Shown here piece after piece: positions 14,011 through 25,836 of a DNA stretch of 64,000 nt. The notes under the pieces are model-generated. The model had not been told where the DNA came from. It worked only from the letters and a program-made list of their open reading frames with translations, and did no database searches. A program made the position numbers and the translations under genes. This stretch comes from Amphiscolops sp. MND2022. Taxonomy: Eukaryota. Every line of letters starts with the position of its first letter. Position 1 is the first letter of the stretch. The stretch covers positions 33,358,001-33,422,000 of the forward strand of contig OZ076409.1 in assembly GCA_964187785.1 (NCBI GenBank), written 5' to 3'.

Positions 14011-17000
14011 CGACTTCGCTTACAGCCGATGGGCGGAAGTCGAGGCGGCTGGTGTTGCTGCCCACACTGTGCCATTAGAGGAAGACTGTGTGTTGATGCT
14101 CCACCCCAAGGAACCTGCAGCCTTCTACACACCCCTCACCATAAGTTGTGGTGCCAAGCAAGTGCAAACGCACTTGGAGCCAACGACCAACGACTTCCGA
14201 CCCCCGAGGGCGTACGCTCATATCCTTCATTTGATGTTGGCTGCAGAGCAGTTTCGTCGCCCGACGTTGACTCTAGCCAAACTTTCGGTTGAACTATCTA
14301 TCTTGTACAAGCGAGTGGAACTCCCTCGCCCAAAGGGGTGGTGTGCTCCCGGAGACTCGGATTCATTGACCATGTATTCTCCAGTGCCCATTTGTGCCAC
14401 GATGGATGGCGTGGACGGGAAGTTTGGAGCCTACGTGATAGTTGACGTGTTCCCTCCCGGCATATGCCTGGGACGTCAAGAGCTCAAATGCTACAACATC
14501 AGTCGCCAGGAACCCACCGGCGAAGCACGAAGAGACGAGCGTGCACCGCTCGTCATATCCTTCATCGTGCCCCATGCGGCACTAATTCCATTGCGAGGTC
14601 TGGTTAACACCGGTTCCGTGGTATCTATTTTGACGTTCTCTGACTTCAACCGAGTCGCTGTCCAAACCGGGGCAGTGCTTAACCCCTACCAGACTGACTT
14701 ATACGTCGCCAATGGCAACACTATCAAAACATATGGAATGGTGGAGCGTCTGCGCTTCCAGTTAGGATGCTACGAGTTAGAGACGAGTTTTCTAGCGGTG
14801 GACGATGCAATGGGAGTCGAGGACTTCTTGCTAGGCCGGAACTTCCTTCTAGCTTATCAGGTCCTTGTTGACCTGACATCGATGAAGATCGTGGTTCGTG
14901 CGCCTGTTCAACCAGTCTGGCACCATGCCCACACCCAGGTACGTGACCGTCGCATTAGACAGCCACCTAGTGCTGCACCCCTTCGAACGTACGGTTGTGA
15001 AAGCCTAGGTGGTCACTGCCAACCTGGAGCCACCAGTGTTTCAGAACGTAGTGTTGAATGCCGTCATTGCGGGCGTGTCACTACAGAACGTAGTATTTTT
15101 AGAGGACTGCGTTGCCACTGTCAGTGAGACAGGCCACGGCTTTTTTCAGCGTGAGCTGTCCTCACAAGCAATCCACAGCGTCTCCGTGGCAACACCCACC
15201 TGGGAACTGTGGTACCCGTACCACTGGGATACCGAACTGTACCCCAACAAGTGGATAATCCAAAACCAGAAACCGAGGACGATGAAGACCATGTTGATTT
15301 TTATCATAAAGTTTACAAGGAATTCAATCTCAATACAATCTCGTCAGAATTCGAATTTTTGTCGACAACGCATCCTACTGAGGAAAGCCTTTCAGACCGT
15401 GAAAAGCGGAAACGTACGGATCCTGAGCTAATGGCTCTCATACCGGGACCAGAGTCACAGCTACAGGACGTGGGCGACCTGTGGGGTTCTGAAGCGAGCA
15501 CCTCTTTAGAAAACATTTTGACAGGGTTTGATGACTTGTTCATGAAATATAGGGCTGGCATTGGTCGATGCACCATGGCTAAACACCCAGTAGAGGTACA
15601 ACCAGGTGCCGTGCTGCACCGTGAAGGTGCCAGGCGTATGTCTCCTGACAAAGCAGCACGTGCCAACGTGGAATGATCGAACCCTCACTGTCCCCCTGGC
15701 CAGCGGTATCATCATGGTCATGGAAAAAACGGTTCTGATGTGACTTCCGCCCAATGAATTAGGTAACTGTCGAAGATGCATACCCGTTACCCCGTATTGA
15801 TGAAAGTCTGGCCAGACTGGGTGAAGCCGAGATCTACACCAGCATTGATTTGGCCTGGGCTTTCTGGCAAATCCCCGTCCGAAAAGCTGACCGTCAGAAG
15901 ACCGCATTTGCTTGTGAGCGAGGACTATTGGAGTGGAGATGCATGCCCTTTGGCATGTGTAACGCTTCAGCCACCTTCCCGAGCGCGAAAGCTCCAGCGC
16001 AACGCAAAATCGTGAACCGAAAAGGTAGCATGGTGATGGTCTACATCGACGACATTGTGATAGACACCGAAACGGTGGAAGACCACATGCTGCGTCTCCG
16101 CGAAGTCTTTGAATGCCTGCACGAAGCTGGATTAAACATGAGAGTTGCCAAGTGTGATTTGATGAAGTCTGAGATCGATACTTGGGTCGCGTGGTGTCAG
16201 CGGAGGGTATAAAGCCTGGCCCTAAAGCCGTCGCGAAACTGCGAGATTGGGACTTTCCCCTCAACAAAACGAAAATGCAAAGCTTTCTGGGCTTTACCAA
16301 CTACTATCGCGAGTTCATCCGTTGGAATACAAAACTTGTTGCTCCCTTGCACACCATCACTGTGGTAAACGCCACTTTCACGTGGGGATCTGAACAGCAA
16401 CAGGCTTTCAAGAAAATCAAGAAAACACTCATCGAAACGAGTGCTCTCGCGCAGCCAGACTCGGAAGGCGAATTTTTGCTGGACACTGACGCCAGTGCAG
16501 TGGCGATTTCTGGTATCCTGCACCAATGGCAAGGTCCCCAGGAGACAGACCTCTCCGACCTATAGTCTATGGCAGCAAGAAGTTGACGGCTACTCAAGCA
16601 AAGTACGGAGCTCCCAGGTTGGAAATGTACGCCACCTACCACTTCATTGTCAAGAACGACAGCTATTTGTGCCTGCGAAAGTTCACTTGGATATTGGGCA
16701 ATCAAACACTGTCGTGGTTGAAAACCTCTTCATCCGATCAGGCTCTCATTCGTCGATGGATAATAGCACTCAAGAAGTACCACTTCCGCGTGGAACAACG
16801 ACCGCGACACAACATCGCAATGCCGATGGTTTGTCTAAACGGACAAATGACTATCGATGGCGAGAACAACTGCTAGAAAAGCTACCACACTGTAACTGAA
16901 CGCTAGAATTTCTTGTCTCAAGATGAGTATGAGCCACTGCCCACTGCACCAAGGTATGACAAGCAAGGCCGTATCATACCTACCACCCTGATCTGCCATT

Positions 17001-18684
17001 GCACTTGCAAAAAGTGCAACCCAGCCCCTGATTTGGTTCAGCGCAATATTCGTCGCACACAACGGACCAAAGGACAGGAAATGGAAAAGGAGGCTTTGCA
17101 GGCACCACTGCCGCCACCTCCCCACCTGTGCTGCACGCTCACGAAGGCTTTTATCCTGACTATCACGAACCCTGGATAGATGTAACCGAGGAAGCTAGTC
17201 ATGATTACTTACTGCCGACACACGTGACAAATGTCGCATCGCGTACAACCCACGAGCTTGCCGAAGCCAGCGGAGCCGTGTTACAAAATGCTCCCAACAA
17301 ACTCAAGCAGGCGGTGCTTGCTATTCGAAGTCTCAGCACTGATTTTCATGAGCATGCCAACACTGTCCATGGCAACAAAGATCTAGTATTGGCACTGAAC
17401 CGAGACGTTCAAGTTTTGACACTCAAAAAAACTGGTCAACAACGAAAACCTTGAATAAGACATCGTTCCCGAGGATGTGCGTGCTTTTGCCCGCAACTAT
17501 TTCAAAGGAAAAAGGAACTGCTATTTTTGAATTCTGACGGAGTTCTTTGTGCGAAGTATCCTCCGTCGCAGCGACGGTTGCATGAACGGCCCTGCATGAT
17601 TGTGATGCCTCAGTTATACCAGCATGAGATTCTCTTTCGTGCGAACGATGCAATGGGTCACCAAGGCATCAGCAAAGTTGTCGCGCGCATACAAGAACGC
17701 CACACTTGGCCTAGAATTCGTCGCACTGTAGACAATACGTCAGTCAATGCCTTACTTACCAACAAGTACAAAATAAACCTGGCGACGTCCGCTTCCACCT
17801 CAAAGACATTCAGAGTGCGTACTTCAACAAGCTGGTCCAGTATGATCACTTGAAGCTCTGCCCCTCTGGTGATGGCAACACGAGAAATCTGGTCATCATT
17901 GATCACTTCTCCAGATTTGCCGAGTCTGTACCTTGCAGTCACAATGAGTATGACGACATCGCCACGTTTCGTTTGCTGCTTCAAAAGTGGTTTGCCCGTT
18001 AAGGCACGCCCACGCGCATGCAATCTGACAACGCTCCTAATTTGACCGCTGAGGTCCCGAGCGAGTTCATTAAGGCCTCGCAGGTCACCAAATTAACTTC
18101 TACCGCTGGTCAATTGCGCACCCAGGGGTTGGTGGAACGTCAGATTTGCACATTGCTTACTTTGTTGCGAGTGTTTTTTTTTCCGCCGGATGTGCGACTG
18201 GGATAGGCACCTAGATGAAGTGCTTGATGCGTACAATTCTACCCGACGCGCAACGACAAGGTTCTCTCCTTACATGGTTACGCAAGGTACTGAGAAGGCA
18301 ATACCGCTCACGTACCTTTACCCTGAGTTTGCGACTCAGCCATTTGCAACTCATGACGCATATGTAGACCATGTGTTGGCCTGCCAACAAGAAATGCATG
18401 ACCTGGTGCGTCGCAACACCCACCAAGCACAATTGCGTCAAAAGCTGGAGTTCGATTGCGCCGTACGAGCCAAAACTCACAAGCAGGGCGATCTCGCAGG
18501 GTTTTTTGTCGATACGTCCAGCTATAGAGTTCTCCTAAGTTGATGCGCGCTTGGCGTGGTCCGCACCGCGTGGCTTATGTTTTGCAGGAAGAACGTGTCT
18601 ACAACTTAGATACTGGGCAAAAGGTGCACTTTGAACGTCTTAAACTGCATCACAGTGGCCCTACGGAATTCGCCACTACCCCCC

Positions 18685-18970
18685 TTCATTACGAGGACAA
18701 AGTGGGAAAAACGTGAAATACAACGATTTCGTTGTCGTAATTTTTTTATTCTCGAACTAATGGTAATACATACAAATTTCAAGAATCGAGAAAAGCTAAG
18801 CGAAAGCAAGTGAGGATTTTTCTCGATTCTTGAATTAAATATAATGCATATCATGCAAGAAACGAGAAAAGTTTCAAGAACCGAGAAAAACAGCTTCTAG
18901 CTGTTTTCCTCGATTCTTGAAACTTTCTCGATTCTTCAATTATACGTTGATTCTTAAAATTTATATGCCC
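18685..18970. repeat. ~290-bp AT-rich foldback insertion in the E1 integrase tail
   Basis: Absent from E2 (HHSGPTEFATTP|..GTGEIAVV vs HHNGPTEWAAVPAHNGEVAII); inverted copies of TTCAAGAATCGAGAAAA; C6 run on each side. Confidence 0.65.
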
Positions 18971-20258
18971 CCCAAGTTGGTACTGGCGAAATCGCCGTTG
19001 TCATAGATACGGAGCCTGAGCGCTCCATTGAGCCCAAAAATGATGCCCTTTCCAAACCCTCTTTTATAAATTAAAAATTACTGCCACAGGCTCCGAATGT
19101 GTCATTGCCTTCCCGTCGACAGCACTGGACGAATAAACGACTCCGCACTAAACTCCGTGCTGGAGAATATCGACCACACTATCAACAATTCGACTATTCA
19201 ACGTCGGACACAGACGATGAACCTTACGGGGCCATGATCCCCATTCCTACCTATCCCCAGGACCTGGAACAACCAACATGGCCTCCAGATCCACCTGTTG
19301 AGTCTGTACCTCACAATCCCGTATCTGACGTCTCTTTTCAAGACTGCCTCCCACAGTTATTTTCTGACCACGAGCTCGAGCGCTTGACGCTTCCAAAAGG
19401 GGGAGGGGGAGACCTCGCAAGAAAACACAGGTGCCTCGTCAACGGAAAGGCCCGGCTAGAAACGTTGAAAAAAAACGTAGAAGCAGGCAGGGTCTCAAGA
19501 TCAGCGGTATCAGTTAAGGCAAAAATGACGGCCTAGATACAAATGTGGACTGTGTGGTCTACGTGACTGCGTCTGCATATTAGCTGTGAAAGAGAACCGG
19601 GAGATTCCCATTGGAGCCCGGGGAGTCGATAAAACGAGGACTTAGTTCACCGTATTGTAGTACGAGCTGGAAAGAACTTTGCTGGTGTAGAAAGAACTGA
19701 CAATCACACAGCAGTGCTAGGTGTCGCGAAAGCGCCGTGTCCTCGACTCTAGGAGTGGACGAGCGATGGCAAAGGCCTTGAATTCACAACGGTGGTTACC
19801 CCCAATATTGTGTTTGGTCCGTTCAACTTTGAGCGAGAGCCAGTGCAAATGGCCAGGTGCATTACTGGGGACCTGCTACTCGACCGATACGGGGTAGAGC
19901 TGAACCGGGTGGCGTCTACATTCCGGCCCCGTACTGGTGGTTCTTGGTGACTGCTCCACGCGTCGACACCCTACTGAACACACAGCATTTGTTGCTATGC
20001 TTGGAAAATCTGAGGACTTCCACCACGGAAGAATTAATATTATGCTTCCACCTCATCGATTGGTATCGTTGTAGAGTAAAATTTCGCTGGTGGTTAGAAT
20101 TGATCATCACGTGTTTTTTAATCATACGCGAACTCAACTGCTAGATGAGTGGGTCCACACATTCGAGGAACCCCTGCAGATTAAGGCAGCGGTAAGCACA
20201 CTGGACACATGGGTCCGAGCGAATGTGGCCAATCGAGCGATGCCTCGCTCCGTCATTA

Positions 20259-21065
20259 GAGTGCACAGGCAAGCCTTATTTGCTCAAAGCGCAACATTGT
20301 GCTTTCAATACCTCGGATTCCACGACCATACCTTTAACCGTGAAAAAATGGCAAATTACGTCATTTGTCCCGGATTCCACGGATTTCGTCGTGAATTCCA
20401 GTACCGAATGCTTAGCTGTACGCACTGTCGGCATGCAGCGGTGTCCCGGATTCCACAAAAACGTAAGTTTTGCAAAATGAACCAAATAGATTGCAGAAAT
20501 CATAAGTTTCCTGGATTCCACGACTTTATGCTTGATGCGATACGCGGCATCTCTTCTTTAATTAAATTCAAGTGGAAGACTGAACAAACATAATATTATG
20601 CACTACTTTTCGTATATTAATTCAAAATGATTCAGACACACACACCAATATCACACAAAATAGTCGTATTTTTCGAAGTTTAGTACCAGTTCTAAACAAA
20701 CTGCGAGATCATCACATTCTGCCATTTTTTAATGACATGCTTCAATTTTGGTACCAGTCATGAGTATCTCTATTCGTACTTTTTGGATTTTTCGTGTCAA
20801 TCAAAACAATTTCCTTCGATGTAAAATTGATTTACTTTAAGTTGTTTCCAATAATGATCTCTCAAAATAAGCGGACCAATCAGAGAGCAGCAGCAAAAGT
20901 GTCATTATAGCAGCAGTATTGGCGTGGAATCCAGGACAAGCACTGTCGTGAAATCCAAGACACGCTTAACATCAAAGAGAACATTTGTCCTGGGTTCCAC
21001 GACTTTTCTCAATTTTCGTGTCCCGGATTCCACGAAAAGCAGCAAAATAGCTTGCCTGTGCACTG
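20259..21065. mobile_element. Tc1/mariner-type MITE with TA TSD inside the E1 pol tail
   Basis: TIRs GAGTGCACAGGCAAGC / GCTTGCCTGTGCACTG; TA at 20257-58 and 21066-67; internal GGATTCCACGA repeats. Excision restores the frame MPRSVI-NGMPGPSHNTRR. Confidence 0.85.
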
Positions 21066-21920
21066 TAATGGTATGCCTGGACCTAGCCACAATACAAGGA
21101 GGTACCCCACACGTGTGCCAGGCAACCTACGTTCTAACCTGGTGGAATACATTCTGTACAATACCACTGATCTCCTGCAAGCCGAAGGCCACATTGCTTT
21201 GGAATGTCCCGCTGACTTGGAGACTAGTTCGGCCGCGCTCCGCTCTGTGCTGCGTGAATGTGGCAGGGAACAGGTTTTCAGCTTGCATCCACAAGTGGGA
21301 GAGATACTAACTCTAACTCCCTCGATTACGAATAAACCATCCTGAACAATCCACCTAATGATAACCCGTGCAAATCAGCGTGCGCCGCTGGTAGCAGACG
21401 ACTTTCTACTTTGTCTGGAGAAGCTGATATTGCGGCTCAGGGACACGGGAATCTCAAGTGTTCACTTTCCAATACTGGATCCTGAAAGGAGTGTGTACTC
21501 GTTGGCCAGCCTATATCAAGTAATGATGGATATGTTCGCGGGAACTAATGTCAGTGTAGTACTGCACAATCGCGTATAAGTGTCAATATTGGGTATTGAG
21601 GTAGGCAACGAACTACCGTAGAATCAACCCAAAGGTTGGTACTGCAGTCGGCATGAATTCTGCCGTGGACCACGGTCTCATGTTTATGTTGTTTAGCTTT
21701 TGAAGTGCCTTAAGCGCTTCCCTCTTTCTTTAGCAATTTTACGTGTAAATACGAAGCGACGATGCCTTGAGCGTCTCCTTAGCTCATTACTACTTAATGT
21801 TATGTTAACTACTGACGGTTGACGAATTCCATTTAGGAGCTCGTAGTTTTCATTCCACTGCCTAACACTAAATGAGGCGAAACATGTCTGAAGAGTACTT
21901 GTTTTTAGACCCATGAGAAT

Positions 21921-24900
21921 ATGGCTTACCATCACACAGCCTCTTCATCAGTGCCTACTAGCACCGCACCAATCCATGACGCTGCTCGAGGACAGCGCAC
22001 CAACCAGGTACAATACATCGAGGAATATCTACACAATGCCATTCCGCCAGCAGCCGTGGCCGGCATCACTGCCCGGCTGGCCCAGTTGGAAACACAGCCT
22101 ACGTTACCGAGAATAGCGGTATCGATTGTCGCAGATGTAGCGTATCATTACCTGCGGCAATGGAGTGTGGGATGGCGATGATTTAACGACCCATTCCTAG
22201 ATGACCGGTCCACTGTAGTCTATGGCCCCAGCAAGCACACCACGTTTGAATAAGAGGCTACGCTGCGCGTGCCTTCCAGTGCACCAGTACCTCAACCACT
22301 ACAGCCAGCTCATCTGATAATTCAGCCGCAAGCGCAGGTTCAACCACAACCTCGACTCAGCTGATTCATTTGCAGAATGTGCAGCAATTGGTGCCCACAC
22401 GTGCTCCAGTGGCACCCAAAACCCCAATCACTTTATGCCAGTGCTCCCGCCGTACAGGCACCACATATGATACTACACACTGCCAGCTCGTCCTCTAAAC
22501 CATAACTCGCGGGCTTCAGTCAGGTCTCCAGCGCCAGAGTACAATCAGCGCAGTCTTCGGCGCCACCTTCAGTCCGTCCATTAGTATCACTCAACATGGC
22601 TAACAGAACTGTGTCTTCCTGGCCAGCAAACATTGCTAGATTCGCATTTGCAGCCCGAGGGCTGCATATCGACAGGGACTATTCAAGGTCCAGGACCCAA
22701 CACCGCAACACAGCGTGCGCTATCTCCAATTCCAGGACTATCGCCCGTCTCAGACGAAGCGCCCGGACGTAAGAGGGTCTCGCCCCATGAGCTGCCGGGA
22801 GCGGCGAACAAGTGACAGACCGAAAAGTCGTCCTCATCTGACAAACGGAACAATGTACCATGAGTGAGTTGATGGAACGTTACGCACCCAGTCCTTCTTC
22901 TGTGCTCGAGGGCACAGCAAACACAGCGTCATCCAGTTCTGTTTCCACGGCGAGGAGAACACCCAAGGTCCCGCCATACTATCCACCTTCAAAGGATGTG
23001 GCTGGTTCCAAGGATGCCAATCGAATCTGACAGGTAGCCTCATGGTTATCAGAAAAGCAATTCAGAGATCGCCAGCGTGTTCTTCCCTCAAGTGCAGACC
23101 AGGCGCAGTTGAGAAAACTATCAATAGCAGCTCACTTGTCGAGGACACTTCGTGTATTTGACGTCGACCTTGATGAGCAGGCATGGAAACAGCGCGTCGT
23201 AGCGCGACTGGCGCTCGCCTATGACAACTTTGTATGACCAATGCAGAACATTTTGCGTGAACAGTTTAATGCTAGGTACTCCTTGCAAGCCGGCGAGACC
23301 TGGGAGACCCACAGTGTGTATCCCCAGAGTCTAGAGTCATTGAAGCCTATACCCAAGTACCTGATTCAACGTACGCGATTTTGCGTTATGATAGATTCCA
23401 CGGTTCCATGCGACCTACCCTATGACAACGTTGTTCCCGACGTGATGGTAGTTACAATGCCCCTCGCCCGTCTGCCAGAGATGGCGGAGGTCGTTGTGAC
23501 AATGTTTGCCCCGAATCTTGAGGGCTTCCAAAAGGAACCGCCTTCAAAGCGATTCATTTTCCCCAATTTGGTTGATCACATGGCTTGTGAAGGTCTGTTG
23601 CAGGACCTACCAAGGCACTTGCGTGAGATGTTAAATCGCGAGGCAGCCAGGCAAGAGGTGGCGCGGGTGCTACATCAAGTGGCAACAGCGATGGAAAGAA
23701 CAGCAGAACCACCGCTGCGTACGCAGCTCAACACTCCTGTGCTCTTCGTATCGCCTCCAGGCATGTTGTACTGCGGAAGCGCGGCTCAGCAGTTTGTGTA
23801 CATACTAAACGAGGTCTGTATAGCAAGGAACATTGATTGTTAGATTTGTGCTCCCAACCTGCGCGTTGGACAGGACGATTTGCGCCCTGCAGCACTGTCA
23901 GTCCACGCATAATTGGGAACGATATCCCGTCTGCTGCAGACACTGGAACGAAACGGCAACGCACAGTTGACGTGGGGTGACGACATTAATTACTATCACG
24001 GAATGAGTCTAGGTCATCTGAAGTTTGATGAGGAAGGCAACCGCCTTTTGTCCGATGCTAATTTGACGGAGCGCGAAAATATGCGCAGATTCAATTGGTT
24101 GGTCCGTAAGTCCCACCCAACCACGGTAAAGGCGGACTTGCCTGCAGTGTGGGATCAAATTGGCAGATGGTCGGCCAATCGCGAAGTGGGACGCACTATA
24201 CCTCAGGTCCACTTTGCTGAGAATACGGAGATCAACAAGCTACCCCTGGGTCTGCGACACATTGTAGCCCATGAAGCCGTGACCCTAGAGCGGGCAAAAC
24301 AAGCCCGTGAAATCACCTACGGTGAATGGTACCAATACCGGCTGGCGACAGACACCCTACCAATGGCAGCTCGAGCGCTGTCTGTTTCCTTCCCGGCCCT
24401 CTTGACAAGTTTTGGCCTAGGCTAAAACCTGGATGTTGTAAGTCACGAGTTCAGCTTGAGTCGAGAGCAAGTAAAGAAACTCACTGACACACTGGAATGC
24501 ATGACGGTCAATGAAGTGCTAGCTCTCGCGCTAGCCTTGGGACCTACTAAGTTTGTGGCTGATCCTCTAGCCATAATCGTGGACCTAGTAGCAGCTGGGT
24601 GCTTGCTTGAGTTCTACACGTACTTAGTAAAGGCTCAAGGCAAGCTGAACGGACTGATTGGCTTAAGCAAAGTGTTGTTCAAGAACGACACACAGAACTA
24701 TGTTGAGGACTTACTAAAACTGAGAGCATCCCTACAGCATTAGCTGTACTCGTCGCTGTTTTCGCGTCCGGCTTATTCGTGGGCGTGGATCAAGCGCAAT
24801 CACTCCACAATCCGGACACTCAGCTTCCCAATGAAAATGCTGGATTCCCCATGCCGCAACAAGTGGCGGATCTCACACTGACCGAGGTCGAGGACTTGGT

Positions 24901-25836
24901 TCCAGTTATAGCCCCGGTGCTAGTCCCCGTTTTGGACCCTTGGGACTACTGCGGTATCCAACCAAACCCGTGCCAATGACTGTGCAAGTTGCCACGGTCT
25001 CCATTTTCACATACTTACAAGGTAGTCCCCCCATGAGCTATGAATGGGTCATCAGAGATCTCCTTAGCAGTGAATCGCTGCAAGTCTACACCACTATCAA
25101 GACGGAACAGCAAGCTGAGGAAAACATGATGGGAGTCATTAGGGCTCGCACTCGGGAGGCGACTGTGCTGCCTAGATAGTTCGGCCCTGTCAACTGGTAC
25201 AAAGCTATTGGCGACCTGAATGGGCAACTGTTCAGATTTCCATGGCCCACAGAAACATTGCGCAAGATCATTGATGCTATCTTGAGGGCTAATACCAATG
25301 CGCGATCCGATTACAACTTTAAGTTCATCCTGATCCCCAAACGATACTACCCCCGCGTGGGTCCTATTGCTCAAGGGCAAGAATATCTGGATCACCAATT
25401 GCAACATCTGGACTTTGCACGTGTCCAGCAGTGGATTGAAGTAGCCACACAGGTGCGAAGGCGTAATGTCTCCCGCCGCAAGGCTCCCGTGCAGTACGAA
25501 CCTGCCTGGCACCCGCAAGGAAAGATGACAATGTCTGGCGACATGCCTTTGGTGCTACTGGACGAGGTCAATTCCGTCCTGGGGCCCGAATTTCGAGTTG
25601 AATGGTATGAAGACTGTTTGAACTTGGAGATTGGTAATTTTGAAGGATGGAAGAGAGCTTGCGGGCTCTGGAAGCAGGCCGGCTGGATTTCCAAGCGTGT
25701 TGCCCGTGCTGCCACCGGCAGAGCTGAAGCAGAGCGCGCACAGGCCTTTGCGCAACTGCTGCAGCCTAATACAGCCACCATAATGGCGATGTCATTGGAG
25801 CAGTCACTGACTGTGGAAGCAGCTCCGGTAGCCTAG
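21921..25836 (+). pseudogene. E1 ORF3 (env position, ~1300 codons): conserved N-domain, low-complexity linker, SGNH-like domain, tandem HTH-like motifs, unknown C-domain
   Basis: Protein-level conservation with E2 ORF3 (IHDAARGQRTNQV..PAAVAGI vs VYDTARVQRTSQI..PAAVAGV; FASGLFVGVD; EVEDL; LRYPTK; GPVNWY; RACGLW). Confidence 0.78.

Larger units (their letters stand above)
14030..21621 (+). pseudogene. pol: E1 pol: PR-like, PR, dUTPase-like insert, RT, RNase H, integrase, then C-terminal AT-hook/Cys motif/two macrodomains
   Basis: LRGLVNTGS..FLLGRNFL; MPFGMCNASATF..VYIDDIVI; FLLDTDASAVAISGIL; HEILFRANDAMGHQG..HTWP; MQSDNAPN..VER; frameshifted and interrupted by two insertions. Confidence 0.88.

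Noticed and set aside
22880..23030. Cys/His cluster in ORF3
   Set aside because: It lies in a different frame from the one continuous with the SGNH-like region
21921..25836. ORF3 as env
   Set aside because: No signal peptide, Cys-rich ectodomain or C-terminal transmembrane anchor; only short hydrophobic helices
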